In this document: one piece after another, positions 1 through 13,338 of the stretch
How positions within the stretch are numbered: position 1 is the first letter of the stretch
How the letters are laid out: every line of letters starts with the position of its first letter
DNA from: Octopus sinensis
Taxonomy: Eukaryota
Length of the DNA: 64,000 nt
Direction: 5' to 3'
NCBI RefSeq assembly: GCF_006345805.1
Contig: NW_021835972.1
Location: 1-64,000 of the forward strand
Made by a program: the position numbers and the translations under genes
Notes under the pieces: model-generated
What the model saw: the letters and a program-made list of their open reading frames with translations, nothing else
Database searches by the model: none
Told to the model about the DNA's origin: nothing

Positions 1-261
1 GGTGGTTTGTGTATATAATATATATATATATACATACACACACAGACACATGTTAGTTTTTGCATGTTTGTATATGTGTATATATTTATGTAGTGTGTAT
101 GTATATATGTGTATATTTGTTAATGCATGGATGTATGTATATAATTGTGAGTGTGTGTTTGTGTTTGAGTGCACATGTTGATATGTGTTGCATATATATG
201 TGTATGTATGTTCATAAATGTGAGTGTATAACTGTGCGTAGGATTGCATGGACATGCACAT

Positions 262-425
262 ACTGTATGTATGTATGTAAATATGTATGTAAATATGTAT
301 GTACGTATGTATGTACATATGTATGTATGTATGTATGTATGTACATATGTATGTATGTAAATATGTATGTATGTATGTACATATGTATGTATGTATGTAC
401 ATATGTATGTATGTATGTATGTATC

Positions 426-456
<31 letters not shown>

Positions 457-790
457 TATGTACATACGTATGTACGTACGTACATATATATGTATGTATG
501 TATGTACGTATGTATGTATGTATGTATGTATGTATGTACATACGTACGTACGTACGTACATATGTATTATGTATGTATGTATCTATGTATGTATGTATGT
601 ATGTACGTATGTATGTATGTATGTATGTACATACGTACATACGTACGTACATATGTATGTATGTATGTATCTATGTATGTATGTACGTATGTATGTATGT
701 ATCTATGTATGTATGTATGTACATACGTACGTACGTATGTATGTATGTATGTACGTATGTATGTATGTATGTATGTACGTATGTATGTAG
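262..790. repeat. Degenerate (TATG)n/(TACG)n microsatellite
   Basis: Direct tetranucleotide periodicity; explains the MYVC-repeat ORFs. Confidence 0.95.
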
Positions 791-937
791 GTATATCTTG
801 ACAAAAATAGTTTTACTCTTTGGGAAAAAAGATATTCCAAACTTTACAAGAACAAAACGAACCATTACTTCCTATACTTTTCTCTCATTTCTTTTCTTTT
901 AATAACAATCTTTCCTGGAGCTTACCTGCCTTTGGCT

Positions 938-968
<31 letters not shown>

Positions 969-1262
969 CCAAAACAACCAACAAAACAAAAGTAAGAAAA
1001 ATTACAAGGAAAAATAAAAATGGAAAAAAAAAAGCAGTCCCTCAATAAACAAAACACCCACCCCCAACTAAACCAGTTAAAAGAACCCCCCCCACTCCAC
1101 TATAATTGTATGGTAGAATTGCTCGCCCCCCCCATACACCTTTTAAATTCTCTTTGATAGTTTTGTGTGTGTTTGTATTGTCTTTCGTCTTTCTTTTCTT
1201 CTGTCATCTCTTTCTATCTCTCTGTTCCTCACTTTCTGTGTCACACACAAACACTCTCTCCA

Positions 1263-1302
<40 letters not shown>

Positions 1303-1304
1303 GA

Positions 1305-1537
1305 AGCAGTGAGCTGGCAGAATCATTAGCAAGCTGTGCAAAATACTTAGTGGCATCTCTCATCCGTCTTTATGTTCTGAGTTCAAATTCCGCCGAGGTC
1401 GACTTTGCCTTTCATCCTTTCGGGGTTGATAAATTAAGTACCAGTTACGCACTGGGGTAGATGTAATCGACTTAATCCCTTTGTCTGTCCTTGTTTGTCC
1501 CCTCTGTGTTTAGCCCCTTGTGGGTAGTAAAGAAATA
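1305..1537 (+). mobile_element. tRNA-derived SINE family A, tail type 1
   Basis: B box gagttcaaattcc; central gcctttcatcctttcgggg..gataaattaagtaccag (resembles the MetaSINE domain); tail ccccttgtgggtagtaaagaaata; more than 10 copies in window. Confidence 0.85.
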
Positions 1538-1577
1538 TATTATTATTATTGTTGTTGTTATTATTATTATTATTATT

Positions 1578-1790
1578 AAGGTGGCAAGCTGGCAGAATCA
1601 TTAGCACGCTGGGCAGAATGCTTAGTAGCATGTCGTCCGTCTTTATGTTCTGAGTTCAATTTCTGCCAAGGTTGACTTTGCTTTTCATTCTTTTGGGGTC
1701 AATAAAATAAGTACCAGTTGCTTACTGGTCTCGACATAATTGACTATTTCTCTCCCCAAAATTTCAAGCCTTGTTCCTATAGCAAAAAAA
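1578..1790 (+). mobile_element. SINE family A, tail type 2
   Basis: Same head and body, tail aaaatttcaagccttgttcctatag; related copies near 6370-6590, 28138-28350, 32920-33110, 61205-61378. Confidence 0.8.
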
Positions 1791-1874
1791 AACTATCATC
1801 ATCATCATCATCTTCACCACCACCACCACCACCACCACCACCACCACCACCACCATCACCAGTTTTATTATCAT

Positions 1875-2035
1875 CACTCTCGGAGTGGTTAGCGTTAGGA
1901 AGGGCATCCAGCTGCAGAAACTCTGCCAGATCAAGACTGGAGCCTGGTGCAGCCATCTGGTTGCCAGCCCTCAGTCAAAACCGTCCAACCCATGCTAGCA
2001 TGGAAAGCAGACGTTAAACGATGATGATGATGATT
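1875..2035 (+). mobile_element. Family C interspersed repeat (3' part) ending in (GAT)n
   Basis: ttaggaagggcatccagctg...cccatgctagcatggaaa..gacgttaaacgatgatgatg; recurs at 5103-5348, 5470-5790, 18985-19318, 22290-22460, 25685-25978, 27728-28050, 38720-38935, 50740-51022, 53434-53918. Confidence 0.8.
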
Positions 2036-3098
2036 GTCATCTCTGACACAGAAGCACACACACATTCTTCTTCTCATTATCATCATCATCATCATCATCA
2101 TTATTATTATTTCTTTTGTTGTATGCCCTCCCCCACAATTCATGTTTCATGTCTAAATATAGTTTCAAGAGACACGATATATTAAAAAATATCAAATAGA
2201 TAAATTTAAAAAAAGAAAAAAAAAAGATCCCTCAGAAAATTAAAAATCTCAGAAAACAAAAGACAAGTTGGAAATAGCAGATAAACAAAAATTTAAAAAA
2301 AAAATTTTAAACAAAAAACCTAAATAAAACATACGAGAACAATTTGAAATTAACTTTTATATCTAATTTTGGTGAATCACTTAGAAAAAAACCCCAAAAA
2401 AAATAAAAGACAAACAAACAAAAAAGTGGAAAAAAAGTTTTTTAAAATTAACGAGACAACAACAACAGCTAAAACAGAATAAGGAAGTTGTGTTTTATTG
2501 ACTGTTCGAATTTAGTATGTATTTACCTTAATTGTGCTAAATGACTTCTTGTATAAAAAAACGAAAGACTATTAGGAATGTGAGAGGGGGAGGGGGGCAG
2601 GTGTGTGTGTGTGTGCGTGTTTGCGTGTGTGCGCGTGTGTGTGCGTGTGCGTTTGCTATTGTTTCTTGTGATGCGGCTCTTCACCTATATTTAGTGTTGC
2701 TGCCATCTAATTTCATTGTCTTGGTGATGTGGCAAGTACATGCCTGTGTCTATACACACCCGCATTTTTATATACACACACACACACACACATACACACA
2801 TACATATATAGGCAATTATATATACTCATATACACACATGTAGATATTGGAATACAATGGTGAATATATGTCTGTGTGTGTGTATATATACATATGTATA
2901 TACATACACACACACACACCATTATATGTGTGTGGGTGGTGTGTATGTATATACATATGTATATATACACACACAGACATATATAGACAATTATATATAC
3001 TCATATACACACATGTAGATATTGGAATACAATGGTGTATATATGTTTGTGTGTGTGTGTGTATATATACGTATGTATATACATACACACACACTATA

Positions 3099-3133
<35 letters not shown>

Positions 3134-3421
3134 GTTTATACACACACACATGTGCACAAACATTTGTGCATATATGTAAATAAGTGTGTGTGTATCTGCC
3201 TGTATGTATACACAAATACATACACACACATATGCACACCCACCCATGCGCACATCTATATATGCTCATAAAAATAGATGCAGAAACTGGAATACAATGA
3301 TGTATGCATGATATATATATATGCACAGAAGGATTTATGCTTATGTGTATATGTCACTCTCTCTATATATATATACACACACACACACATATATATACAT
3401 GCACACAGTTATTTATGTATA

Positions 3422-3452
<31 letters not shown>

Positions 3453-4322
3453 GTATATGTGTGTGTACAGAGAGAGAGAGAGAGGTGTGTATGTGTGTGT
3501 ATGCATTAGTACGGTTGCATTTATTCACCATATGTAGCTGCGTTATTTTAAGATATACGTATATAAATATCCTACCGTCTAGCTAGAAATAAGAAAGAGA
3601 AGCCCCCCACCCCACCCCCAAAACCCCACAAAAACCCCAAAAAACTAAGTAAAAGAGAAATGAAATCATTCTTTTGTTCTGGAATGCCTCAGGATTGCTC
3701 CAGAAATACCTTGTTTTGATTTGCTGTGTTCTGTGTTTCTCAGTTATTTAGAATTTGATTCAACTCAAGAAGTCATCACCAACTTTTTACTCTATGCTGC
3801 ATGGAGTTAGGTTTGCAACTCTCTGCAATTCTCTATGGCAGCTACATTCAACCAGTCATTCCAGCAACTTTCAAAAATTCCGGTCCCCTGACCAACCGAA
3901 TCTCTTGCATATCTCACCTGGTTGTTTTGAAATAAGGAAGGACCTCCTAGGGTCAGTCCTGTGTTTTGGTTCTATTACATGGTTTTGGTTCTATTACACC
4001 ATGGGTTGGCGTATTCTAGTATAGCCTGTCATTGACCAGTACCATGTGGTCATGTGATTGACATTTAGTAGATGGAAACTGCATGGAAGCCCATTGCATA
4101 CACACAATCTTATTTTTTTAGTCGTGCTAAAAGTTGTCTCGGTGCTCTGCCAAAATTGCACCTGTTACAATTTGGGAAGTGGTTGGCATATGGAAGGGCA
4201 TTTAGCTGTAGAATCCATGCAAGGAAAAGAGAATACTGACATGTCTGTGTGGTTAACAAGCTTATTTCCCGGTGATGTGCTCTTAGGTAGATCTCAATTT
4301 CATTGGAAATAGAGAATTATTT

Positions 4323-4515
4323 TTATTGTATGATATAGTTATGGAGGCTCACATACAAGACTTGAAGTTTCTGTGTCAATAATTCAATGATTGCCACACT
4401 TCTTCAGCTGTGGGCATCAGTCTAGCAACAAGTGAAGGTGTTAAGTGGTCATTGTTCCATTGACGTAGAAACTTCAAGTCCTGTATGTGACTCTCCATAA
4501 TGATATCATTCAATA
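4323..4515. mobile_element. Penelope-type inverted repeat remnant with hammerhead motifs
   Basis: 4324-4380 is an imperfect reverse complement of 4459-4515; both arms carry GAAACTTCAAGTC. Confidence 0.65.
4355..4411 (-). ncRNA. Minimal type I hammerhead ribozyme motif
   Basis: Minus strand: acag CTGAAGA ag tgtggcaat..attgacaca GAAAC ttcaa GTC ttgt. Confidence 0.6.
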
Positions 4516-6599
4516 TGTGTGTGTGCGTGTGTGTGTGTATATATATGTGTATATGTATATATATGTGTATATATATATGTGTGTGTGTGTATATATATAT
4601 ATATCTGCATACATCTGTGTATATGTATATATGTATATATGTATATATGCGTGTGTGTGTGTGGGTATATATATGCATATATGTGTATATGTATATGTGT
4701 GGTGTGTATATATGTATATAATATATGTGTATGTGTGTGTATATATATATCCATTTTCGCGGGGTTCCACTATTTCTTCTCTCTCTCCCTCTTTTACGTT
4801 GTCTGCCATCCCCCCTTTCCTTTGCTAAGAGCATTTTAAGCAGCCCGTCATATTCCCGGTGCACCCGCCCTTGCCCACCCCCACCACCATACCGGATATC
4901 TCTATATTTTTGCTCCATCTATACCGGATGTCGCTTCTCCCACCACCATTATAGGTGTCTACTCTTCGAACCCCCTCTTCAATACGCTATTTCACCATGC
5001 ATTACCCCTCTCTTGATATCCTACGTTCTACTTGCCTAGAACCTGTCATCATTTCTCTGAACCACCCCTCCCCACTGGTGCTCCCCTATATTCCCCCCCC
5101 CCACATAAAAAGCACCATCCGAACGTGGCCGATGCCAGACCCCTCTGGCACTGTGCAGGTGGCACGTAAAAAACACCCACTACACTCGCGGAGTGGTGGC
5201 GTTAGGAAGGGCATCCAGCTGTAGAAACACTGCCAGACTAGACTGGAGCCTGGGGCAGTCCCGAGCTCCCCAGACCCGGTTAACCGTCCAACCCGTGCTA
5301 GCGCGGAAAAACCGGACGTTAAACGATGATGATGATGATGATGATGATATATATATATATATATAGTTTCTTGGATTATATTTTTAATGTTTTAATGGTG
5401 TTTTATAAATTTAGTAGCAGTGATAATGCCGATAGATTTTAAAATTTAGATGAAAGTTGATATATATAACGTCATCATTTATCTAAGGTTTACTTTCCAT
5501 GCTGGCATGGGTTAGACAGTTAACCTGTAACTTGTAAGTCAGAGGGCTGCATCGAGTTCCAGTCTGATTTGGCATGGTTTTCTATAGCCGGATGCCCTTC
5601 CTAATGCCAACCGCTCTGAAAGTGTAACGGGTGCTTTTTATGTGCCACCAGCATGGGTGCCATTTACATGGCACCGGCAGTGGTCATGACTGTGATTCCA
5701 CTTGGCTTGACCTGTTTTCTCAAGCACAGCATATCGCCAAAGGTCCTGGTCACTTGTCATTGTTTCCAAGAGGCCTGACATTTGAAGATCATGTCACCAG
5801 CAGGATATATACATTACTAGGTGTTAGTGTTACTTGTGAAAGCATGTGACATATTGTGTTGGGCTGACAAAAGTTTGATTTCTGACCTGGTCACCAGTTT
5901 TGACCTTAAGCAAGGCACTTCATTCTCATTTCCTGTTATTGCAATCTCTTCAGCTGAAATGAGTGCCAGCTCTCTGAGAGTGCAGCACTCTCTTACTTCA
6001 GCTGTCACATCTTGGGTGTGAACACCCTCTCCAGAGCCAAGAGAGGAGGGGCCAAGACTGTCTGTATCAGCCCGCAACTATTTAAGCCCCCAAAACAATT
6101 AGCAGAAGCATGGTGTAAGGTACATGGTCAACTATTGACTCTACGTACCAGCTGTACTAGTTTTCCTTCATTTTACAAGAACCCTAGGACCCGTAAGGCC
6201 TGATCGTAACCCTTTCGATACCAACCTGCTTGAATGTACTTTTGGTTTTCTGTTACTAACTTTCAATTTAAAAGGGATCTGAATCAAACTATTGATAAGA
6301 ATTTCACATTAATTTGTGTTCCAGAGTTGAATATGAAATTCGAATGGATAATTTAATTTATGTCACAAAGACGGTAGCAAGCTGGCAGAATCTTTAGCAC
6401 TTTGAGCAAAATGCTTTGGCAGCAGTTTGTCCATCTTTACTTTCTGAGTTCAAATCTTGCTGAGGTTGACCTTGCCTTTCATCCTTTTTTGGGGTCAGTA
6501 AAATAAGTACCAGTGAACATGAGAATTAATGTAATTGACTTGCTCCCATCCTTGAAATTGCTGGCCTTGTGCCAAAATTTGAAACCAATTTTGACAGTT

Positions 6600-7170
6600 T
6601 ATTTCATTTCTTCATTTTCATTTGCAACAACTGAGCTGAAAAGTTTGTCTCATAAAAATACATTTCTACCGTTTTTTGGCAAGAATTGTACATGAAAGCG
6701 CAAACTTCTGCAATTGATTTCTCATCAAACATATCTGTTGCTTTTGGATCATTCTTCCACTCCAGAAATTCATTTTGATAATCGTGAAGAAACTTTTCAG
6801 CTGACAATTTAAATGGATTTAGCTCCGAATCCAATCCTTCACCTTTGAATTCCGGAAAATATCACTCGAATTCATATTCCAATGTTGTCAAATGCTTTAG
6901 AATTTCGTATTTTGCAAATTCTGATTCTGGAAGCCACTTGGTTTTCACCACCAACAACAGGAATTCATGACAGTTTCTCAAACATTGTAATATTTTATTA
7001 CATTATTTTCCAATTTTCCTGTTTGCTCGTGAAAAGCTTTCAAAGAACCAATGAATTTTATGATGTTTGTATTTCTTCCTGGCATTTAAGGATTTAATTT
7101 ATTCCGTCAGCTGCTCAAAATATCATTCAGATAGGCATGAAGCTTGGTACATCCCTCATCATTCTGCCAG
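6600..7170 (-). pseudogene. hAT (Charlie/Buster-like) transposase remnant
   Basis: Across frameshifts: AYLNDI..KLNP*MPGRNTNIIKFIGSLKAF, then EILKHLTTLEYEFE*YFPEFKGEGLDSELNPF..QNEFLEWKND..F; matches the LAYLxDIF / HLxxLxxxFxxYFP / NPF pattern. Confidence 0.8.
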
Positions 7171-7268
7171 GCAAAAAGAAAAGGGGGGGGAAAAAACAAA
7201 AATTTCTTCTTACACTGAGCCTCCAAAAATAATTTGACCCGACACAATTGTTACATTTCTTCTTAGTA

Positions 7269-8800
7269 CCTATATTTCTTTGCTGCCCACAAGGGGCTAA
7301 ACATAGAAGGGGGACAAACAAGGACAGACAAAGGGATTAACTTGATTACATCGACCCCCAGTGCGGCGAAACTGGTACTTTATTTATCAACCCCGAAAGG
7401 ATGAAAGGCAAAGTCGACCTCGGCGGAATTTGAACTCAGAACGTAGCGGCAGACGAAATACCTATTTCTTTATTACCCACAAGGGGCTAAACATAGAAGG
7501 GGGACAAACAAGGACAGACAAAGGGATTAACTTGATTACATCGACCCCCAGTGCGGCGAAACTGGTACTTTATTTATCAACCCCGAAAGGATGAAAGGCA
7601 AAGTCGACCTCGGCGGAATTTGAACTCAGAACGTAGCGGCAGACAAATACCTATTTCTGTTATACCCACAAGGGGCTAAACATAGAAGGGGGACAAACAA
7701 GGACAGACAAAGGGATTAACTTGATTACATCGACCCCCAGTGCGGCGAAACTGTACTTTATTTATCAACCCCGAAAGGATGAAAGTAAATTCGACCTCGG
7801 CGAATTTGAACTCAGAACGTACGGCAGACGAAATACCTATTTCTTTATTACCCCAAGGGGCTAAACATAGAAGGGGGACAACAAGGACAGACAAGGGATT
7901 AACTTGATTACATCGCCCCCAGTGCGGCGAACACGGTACTTTATTTATCAACCCCGAAAGGATGAAAGGCAAAGTCGACCTCGGCGGAATTTGAACTCAG
8001 AACGTAGCGGCAGACGAAATACCTTTCTTTATTACCCACAAGGGGCTAAACATAGAAGGGGGACAAACAAGGACAGACAAAGGATTAACTTGATTACATC
8101 ACCCCCAGTGCGGCGAAACTGGTACTTTATTATCAACCCCGAAAGATGAAGGCAAAGTCGACCTCGGCGGAATTTGAACTCAGAACGTACGGCAGACAAA
8201 TACCATATTTCTTTTTACCCACAAGGGGCTAAACATAGAAGGGGGACAAACAGGACAGACAAAGGGATTAACTGATTACATCGACCCCCAGTGCGGCGAA
8301 ACTGGTACTTTATTTATCAAACCCTGAAAGGAGTAAAGGCAAAGTCGCCTCGGCGGAATTTGAACTCAGAATGTAAAGATGGATGAAATACCTATTTCTT
8401 TTACTACCACAAGTGGCTAAGCAAAGAGAGGCCAAACAAGGACAGACAAACGAATTCAGTCGATTATATCACCTCAGTGCGTAACTGGTACTTATTTAAT
8501 TGTCCCCGAAAGGATGACAGCAAAGTCGACCTCGGCGGATTTGAACTCAGAATGTAAGACAGACGAAATACCTATTTCTTTACTACCCACAAGTGGCTAA
8601 GCAAAGAGAGGCAAACAAGGCAGACAAACGAATTCGTCGATTAGATCGCCTCAGTGGCTAACTGGTACTTATTTAATTGTCCCCAAAGGATGAAGGCAAA
8701 GTCGACCTCGGCGGAATTTGAACTCAGAACGTAACGACAGACGAAATACCGCTAAGCATTTCACCCGACGCGCTAACGTTTCTGCCAGCTCGCCACCTTT
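7269..8800 (-). repeat. Head-to-tail array of about 8 SINE family A units (~185-190 bp) plus one 5' head
   Basis: Units start near 7269, 7461, 7650, 7836, 8020, 8203, 8391, 8570; junction gacgaaata-cctatttc; full head only at 8750-8800. Confidence 0.92.
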
Positions 8801-8859
8801 ATATATAACCTCTTGGAAAGGGCTGAAAGGAGAGCTTCCTCTTTGATGAAATTCACAAT

Positions 8860-9502
8860 TTAACCCTTTAGCCGACCGCTTCCAGATAAAATATTCTGCC
8901 TGTTTCGGTTCAAAATGACCACGACCAACATGTCACCCCTACTCTACAATGTCATTGTAAAAATAAACAATTATATAGGCGCAGGAGTGGCTGTGTGGTA
9001 AGTAGCATGCTAACCAACCACATGGTTCCAAGTTCAATCCCACTGCCTGGCATCTCGGGCAAGTGTCTTCTGCTATAGTCCCGGGCCGACTAATGCCTTG
9101 TGAGTGGATTTGGTAGAAGGAAACTGAAAGAAGCCTGTCGTATATATGTACATATATATATATGTGTGTGTGTATGTTTGTGTGTCTGTGTTTGTCCCCC
9201 TAGCATTGCTTGACAACCGATGCTGGTGTGTTTATGTTCCTGTCACTTAGCGGTTCCGCGATAGATAGATAGGTAGAATAAGTACTGGGCTTACAAAGAA
9301 TAAGTCCCGGGGTCGATTTGCCCAACTAAAGACGGTGCTCCAGCATGGCCGCAGTCAAATGACTGAAACAAGTAAAAGAGAGCAAAGAGAAAGAGATATC
9401 ATTGGAATCGCGAAGCCACAAGATAATGCATGATTAATTAAAAACAATGTGAGTAATTAATTATTACATTTGACAGAATAATCTGAATGCTAAAGGGTTT
9501 AA
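8860..9502. mobile_element. piggyBac-like MITE interrupted by a family B SINE
   Basis: Ends ttaaccctttag ... ctaaagggtttaa (TTAA, CCC/GGG); same family near 10505-11340, 54070-54250, 61728-61955, 62008-62180. Confidence 0.7.
8978..9395 (+). mobile_element. tRNA-derived SINE family B, full length
   Basis: A box tggctgtgtggt, B box agttcaatcc, CORE-like gggcaagtgtctt, internal (TA/TG)n, tail ccagcatggccgcagtcaaatgactgaaacaagtaaaagag. Confidence 0.88.
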
Positions 9503-9795
9503 ATTATTTGAATTATTTGATTGAAGGTCTTCTACAAACTAAGCAACCTTAGATGTAAGCTGCTCAGTGCAACTAAATTCACTGTTTTGTCCCCTATTCC
9601 TGCTATAGTCAGAACACGGCATGACTGGGTTAAGATAAGGTTTAGAATATAACTTAACAAAAATTTCTTAGGTAAAATTAGGATTGGAGGTTTTAATTTA
9701 AATATTTGACATTTCAGAACAAGCATCTCTGTGTCCTGGAACCTTAAAAACAGTCAAGAATTTTGAGGGATTTATAAAAGCAATTCACTTTCTAA

Positions 9796-10153
9796 ATTAT
9801 TTACATTATTTACATTTGACAGATATTTGTCCTCATCTTGTTTGTTGTTAACACAATGTTTCAGCTGATATACCCTCCAGCGTTCTTCAGGTGTCTTGGG
9901 GAAATTTCGGACCTGGGTTCTCATTCCTAAAGTATTTTCGATGTTATTATTATTTATCAGGTCACTGCCTGGAATTGAACTCAGAATCTTGGGGTTAGTA
10001 GCCCGTGCTCTTAACCACTATGCTATATGAAGGCTGGAGGGTATATCAGCCAAAACATTGTGTTAACAACAAACAAGTTGAGGACAAATATCCGTCAAAT
10101 GTAAATAATGTAAATAATGTACATAATTCCTCATCTCTTAAATATAGAACTGA
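9796..10153 (-). mobile_element. tRNA-headed SINE with hammerhead tail (9796-10029, -) plus inverted copy of its tail (10029-10153, +)
   Basis: Minus-strand head catatagcatagtggttaagagc..gagttcaattcc; 9796-9881 is inverted at 10033-10119; ttcactttct on both flanks. Confidence 0.85.
9850..9895 (-). ncRNA. Minimal type I hammerhead ribozyme motif in SINE tail
   Basis: gacac CTGAAGA ac gctg gagggtatat cagc t GAAAC ATT gtgtt; stem I gacac/gtgtt, stem II gctg/cagc. Confidence 0.7.
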
Positions 10154-10869
10154 GTTCACTTTCTCTTAGGAATATAACTTAATGAAGATTTCTCAGGTAA
10201 AATTAGGATGGGAGGTTTTAATTTAAATATTTAACACTTCAGAACAAGCATTTCTGTGTCCTAGAATCTTTAAAATATTCAGGAATTTTCAATGGTTTGG
10301 TATAGCAATTAACTTCTTCCCTATCAGACCTGATCCTAACTTTATTCTCCCTCTGGAATCCTGAGCCAAAAAATAAACAGTTGTATATACCACTGAAGAG
10401 TAATGATTACAAGCAAACTAATGGATAGAGCTGGTTGCATGTTCTTTTATCTATGTGTGTTGTTTATTACTGATTTACCAAGAATCTGACAGAGATGATG
10501 CTCAACTCTTCAGCTTTCGGATTATTCTGACAGATGTAATGCTTATTCACATTGCTATGGATTAGTCATGCCTTACCTTGTAGCTTTGAAATTTCAATGA
10601 TGTGATTGTTTATTTTTGGCGTAATATTGTGGGTCGAGTGTAAGAGGCTGGATCTGGCCAGTTTGAAGGTAAATCAGATTATTTTGGCTGGACATGGCCA
10701 GTTTAACCTTTTATCATTCGGATTGCTCTGTCAAATGTATTGCTTATTTATTCACATTGTTTTGGATTAATCATGCATTGTCTTGTAGCTTTGAGGTTTC
10801 AATCACACAACTGTTTATGTTCAGAATGAAATTGTAGGATGAGTGTGAGAGGCCAGATCTCTCTCTCTC

Positions 10870-11260
10870 TTTACTTGTTTCAGTCATTTGACTGCGGCCA
10901 TGCTGGAGCACCACCTTTAGTCGAGCAACTCGACCCCGGGACTTATTCTTTGTAAGCCCAGTACTTATTCTATCGGTCTCTTTTGCCGAACCGCTAAGTG
11001 ACTGGGACGTGAACACACCAGTATCGGTTGTCAAGCAATGCTAGGGGGACAAACACAGACAAACAAACACATACACACATATATATATATACATATATAC
11101 GACGTGCTTCTTTCAGTTTCTGTCTACCAAATCCACTCACAAGGCATTGGTCGACCCGGGTCTATAGCAGAAGACACTTGCCCAAGATGCCACGCAGTGG
11201 GACTGAACCCGGAACCATGTGGTTGGTTAGCAAGCTACTTACCACACAGCCACTCCTGCA
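10870..11260 (-). mobile_element. SINE family B, full length, inside a piggyBac-like MITE
   Basis: Reverse complement of the 8978-9395 family. Confidence 0.88.
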
Positions 11261-11837
11261 CTTGGTCAGTTCAGTTTCTACATAAAACAGGAAGAATATT
11301 TGGACTGCATAATGGCCAGTTTAAATGCTAAAGGGTTAACCTACTCCCTCTGTTGAGGGAACACGGCATGGAAGGGTGAAGTCTGTGTTGTAGCAACAAC
11401 TAGAGCCTGTTGTGCACTCACAACCCACGTGACCCCTACTGCTGCGATGGACAACCCACTGGTGTATGACCTACAATGAAACACCCCTCTCCACCTTTCT
11501 TACCACCATCTCTCCCTCCTTACTCACCAATAGCTTTTCATACTGAACATATTCTGATTCTTTGTATCTATTTATTTATTTTAGTTATTTCATTTATTTA
11601 TTTATTTATACTGTTTTATAGTATTTATTTCTGACATTAAATGCATTTTGATGCCCTCCAGATAATCAAAACTTGTTGGCACATTTAGAAGGGATGTGGG
11701 GGGGGAGAATAGAATTTTTCTGTTGTGTGTTCTCTCGGCTGTGTGTGTATATGTGTTGTGTGTATGTATGTGTGTGAGAGAGAGAGTGATAAAGAGAAAA
11801 TAAAAGATACAGAGAAAGCTTTATATATATAATATAT

Positions 11838-12310
11838 ATACGCACACATATATGCATGCATACATACATATACACATACTATATACGCACACATATATGC
11901 ATGCATACATACATATACACATACTATATACGCACACATATATGCATACATACATACATGTACACATACTATATACGCACACATATATGCATACATACAT
12001 ACATGTACACATACTATATACGCACACATATATGCATACATACATACATGTACACATAGTATATACGCACACATATATGCATGCATACATACATATACAC
12101 ATACTATATACGCACACATATATGCATACATACATACATGTACACATACTATATACGCACACATATATGCATGCATACATACATATACACATACTACATA
12201 CACACATATATGCATACATACATACGTACATACATATACACATACTATATACACACATATATGCATACATACGTATATACATATACACATACTATATATA
12301 CACATACTAT
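11838..12310. repeat. 45-bp minisatellite built from CA/TA repeats
   Basis: Unit atatacgcacacatatatgcatacatacatacatgtacacatact; 15-aa periodicity in the ORF track. Confidence 0.9.
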
Positions 12311-12479
12311 ATATACACACATACATACATACACATACATACCCACATATGTATATGTACACACACACACATGCATATATTCACAGATATATATGTAGAG
12401 GGAGAGAGAAGTTAATTAGAACTAATATTTTTCAGTGGAAATTCTTACCACAAACTCTTTTCATTCCATTTCAGAGTTT

Positions 12480-12520
<41 letters not shown>

Positions 12521-13241
12521 ACACACATTAATGTTTCAGTTTCTTTAAACTTTCTCATCTCTTCTCCTTCTTCTTCATCTTCATCTTCTTCTTCTTCTTC
12601 TCCTTCATCTTTTCCTTCTCTGTTCTTCTTTTCCGTTTTCTTCTTCTTCTTCCTCCTTTTTTTCCTCTCAAGAATTGTATTCCGTTCCATTTCATTCGCT
12701 TATTGAAAACGGGTTCAACAGGAAACGACACCCCTCTCATTCCGGATCCGGATCCCATGTTCTGTTGTTTACAAATATTTCATTGGAACGAACAACTAAT
12801 TAATCTAACACACACACACACACTCCCCCCTCTACCTTTCCCTCTTCTCTCTCTCTCTCTCTCCTCTACCTTTCCCTCCTTATCCTTTACCCCCTCTCTC
12901 TCTTTGTGTGTCTTTGAGCACTTTTTTCCTACAGTTTTCTGTATGCAATTATGTTTGGCCATTAGATCCGCTGATCAGCTTTTATTGCTGAGCACAAACA
13001 GACGCATCCACTCGTGTGTGTGTGTGTTTGTGTGTGAGCAAGTGCATGCATGTGTGCGAGCGTGTGCATATATCTGTGGATGTATATATGAAATTCATGT
13101 AGTTATTTGGCTGTGCATAATTGTATAGGTGCATATATATAATATATATATACTATATATATATATATATATATACACACACATGTTATAATATATATAT
13201 GTGTATGTATATATAATATATATGTATATATATATATATAG

Positions 13242-13338
<97 letters not shown>

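Larger units (their letters stand above)
9640..10320. repeat. Two diverged ~150-bp direct repeats (9640-9793, 10165-10320) flanking the SINE-hammerhead insertion
   Basis: Shared ggtaaaattaggat.ggaggttttaatttaaatattt.aca.ttcagaacaagcat. Confidence 0.8.

Noticed and set aside
60-902. 280-aa ORF and similar [12 protein letters not shown] ORFs across the window
   Set aside because: Translations of microsatellites
7269-8800. CRISPR-like array or retrozyme
   Set aside because: No unique spacers, eukaryotic context, and no CUGANGA core found in the unit on either strand
10388-10425. CTGAAGA-gtaat-g-attac hammerhead candidate (also 20155-20225 and 51185-51200, minus)
   Set aside because: GAAA or stems missing or misplaced; compatible with chance
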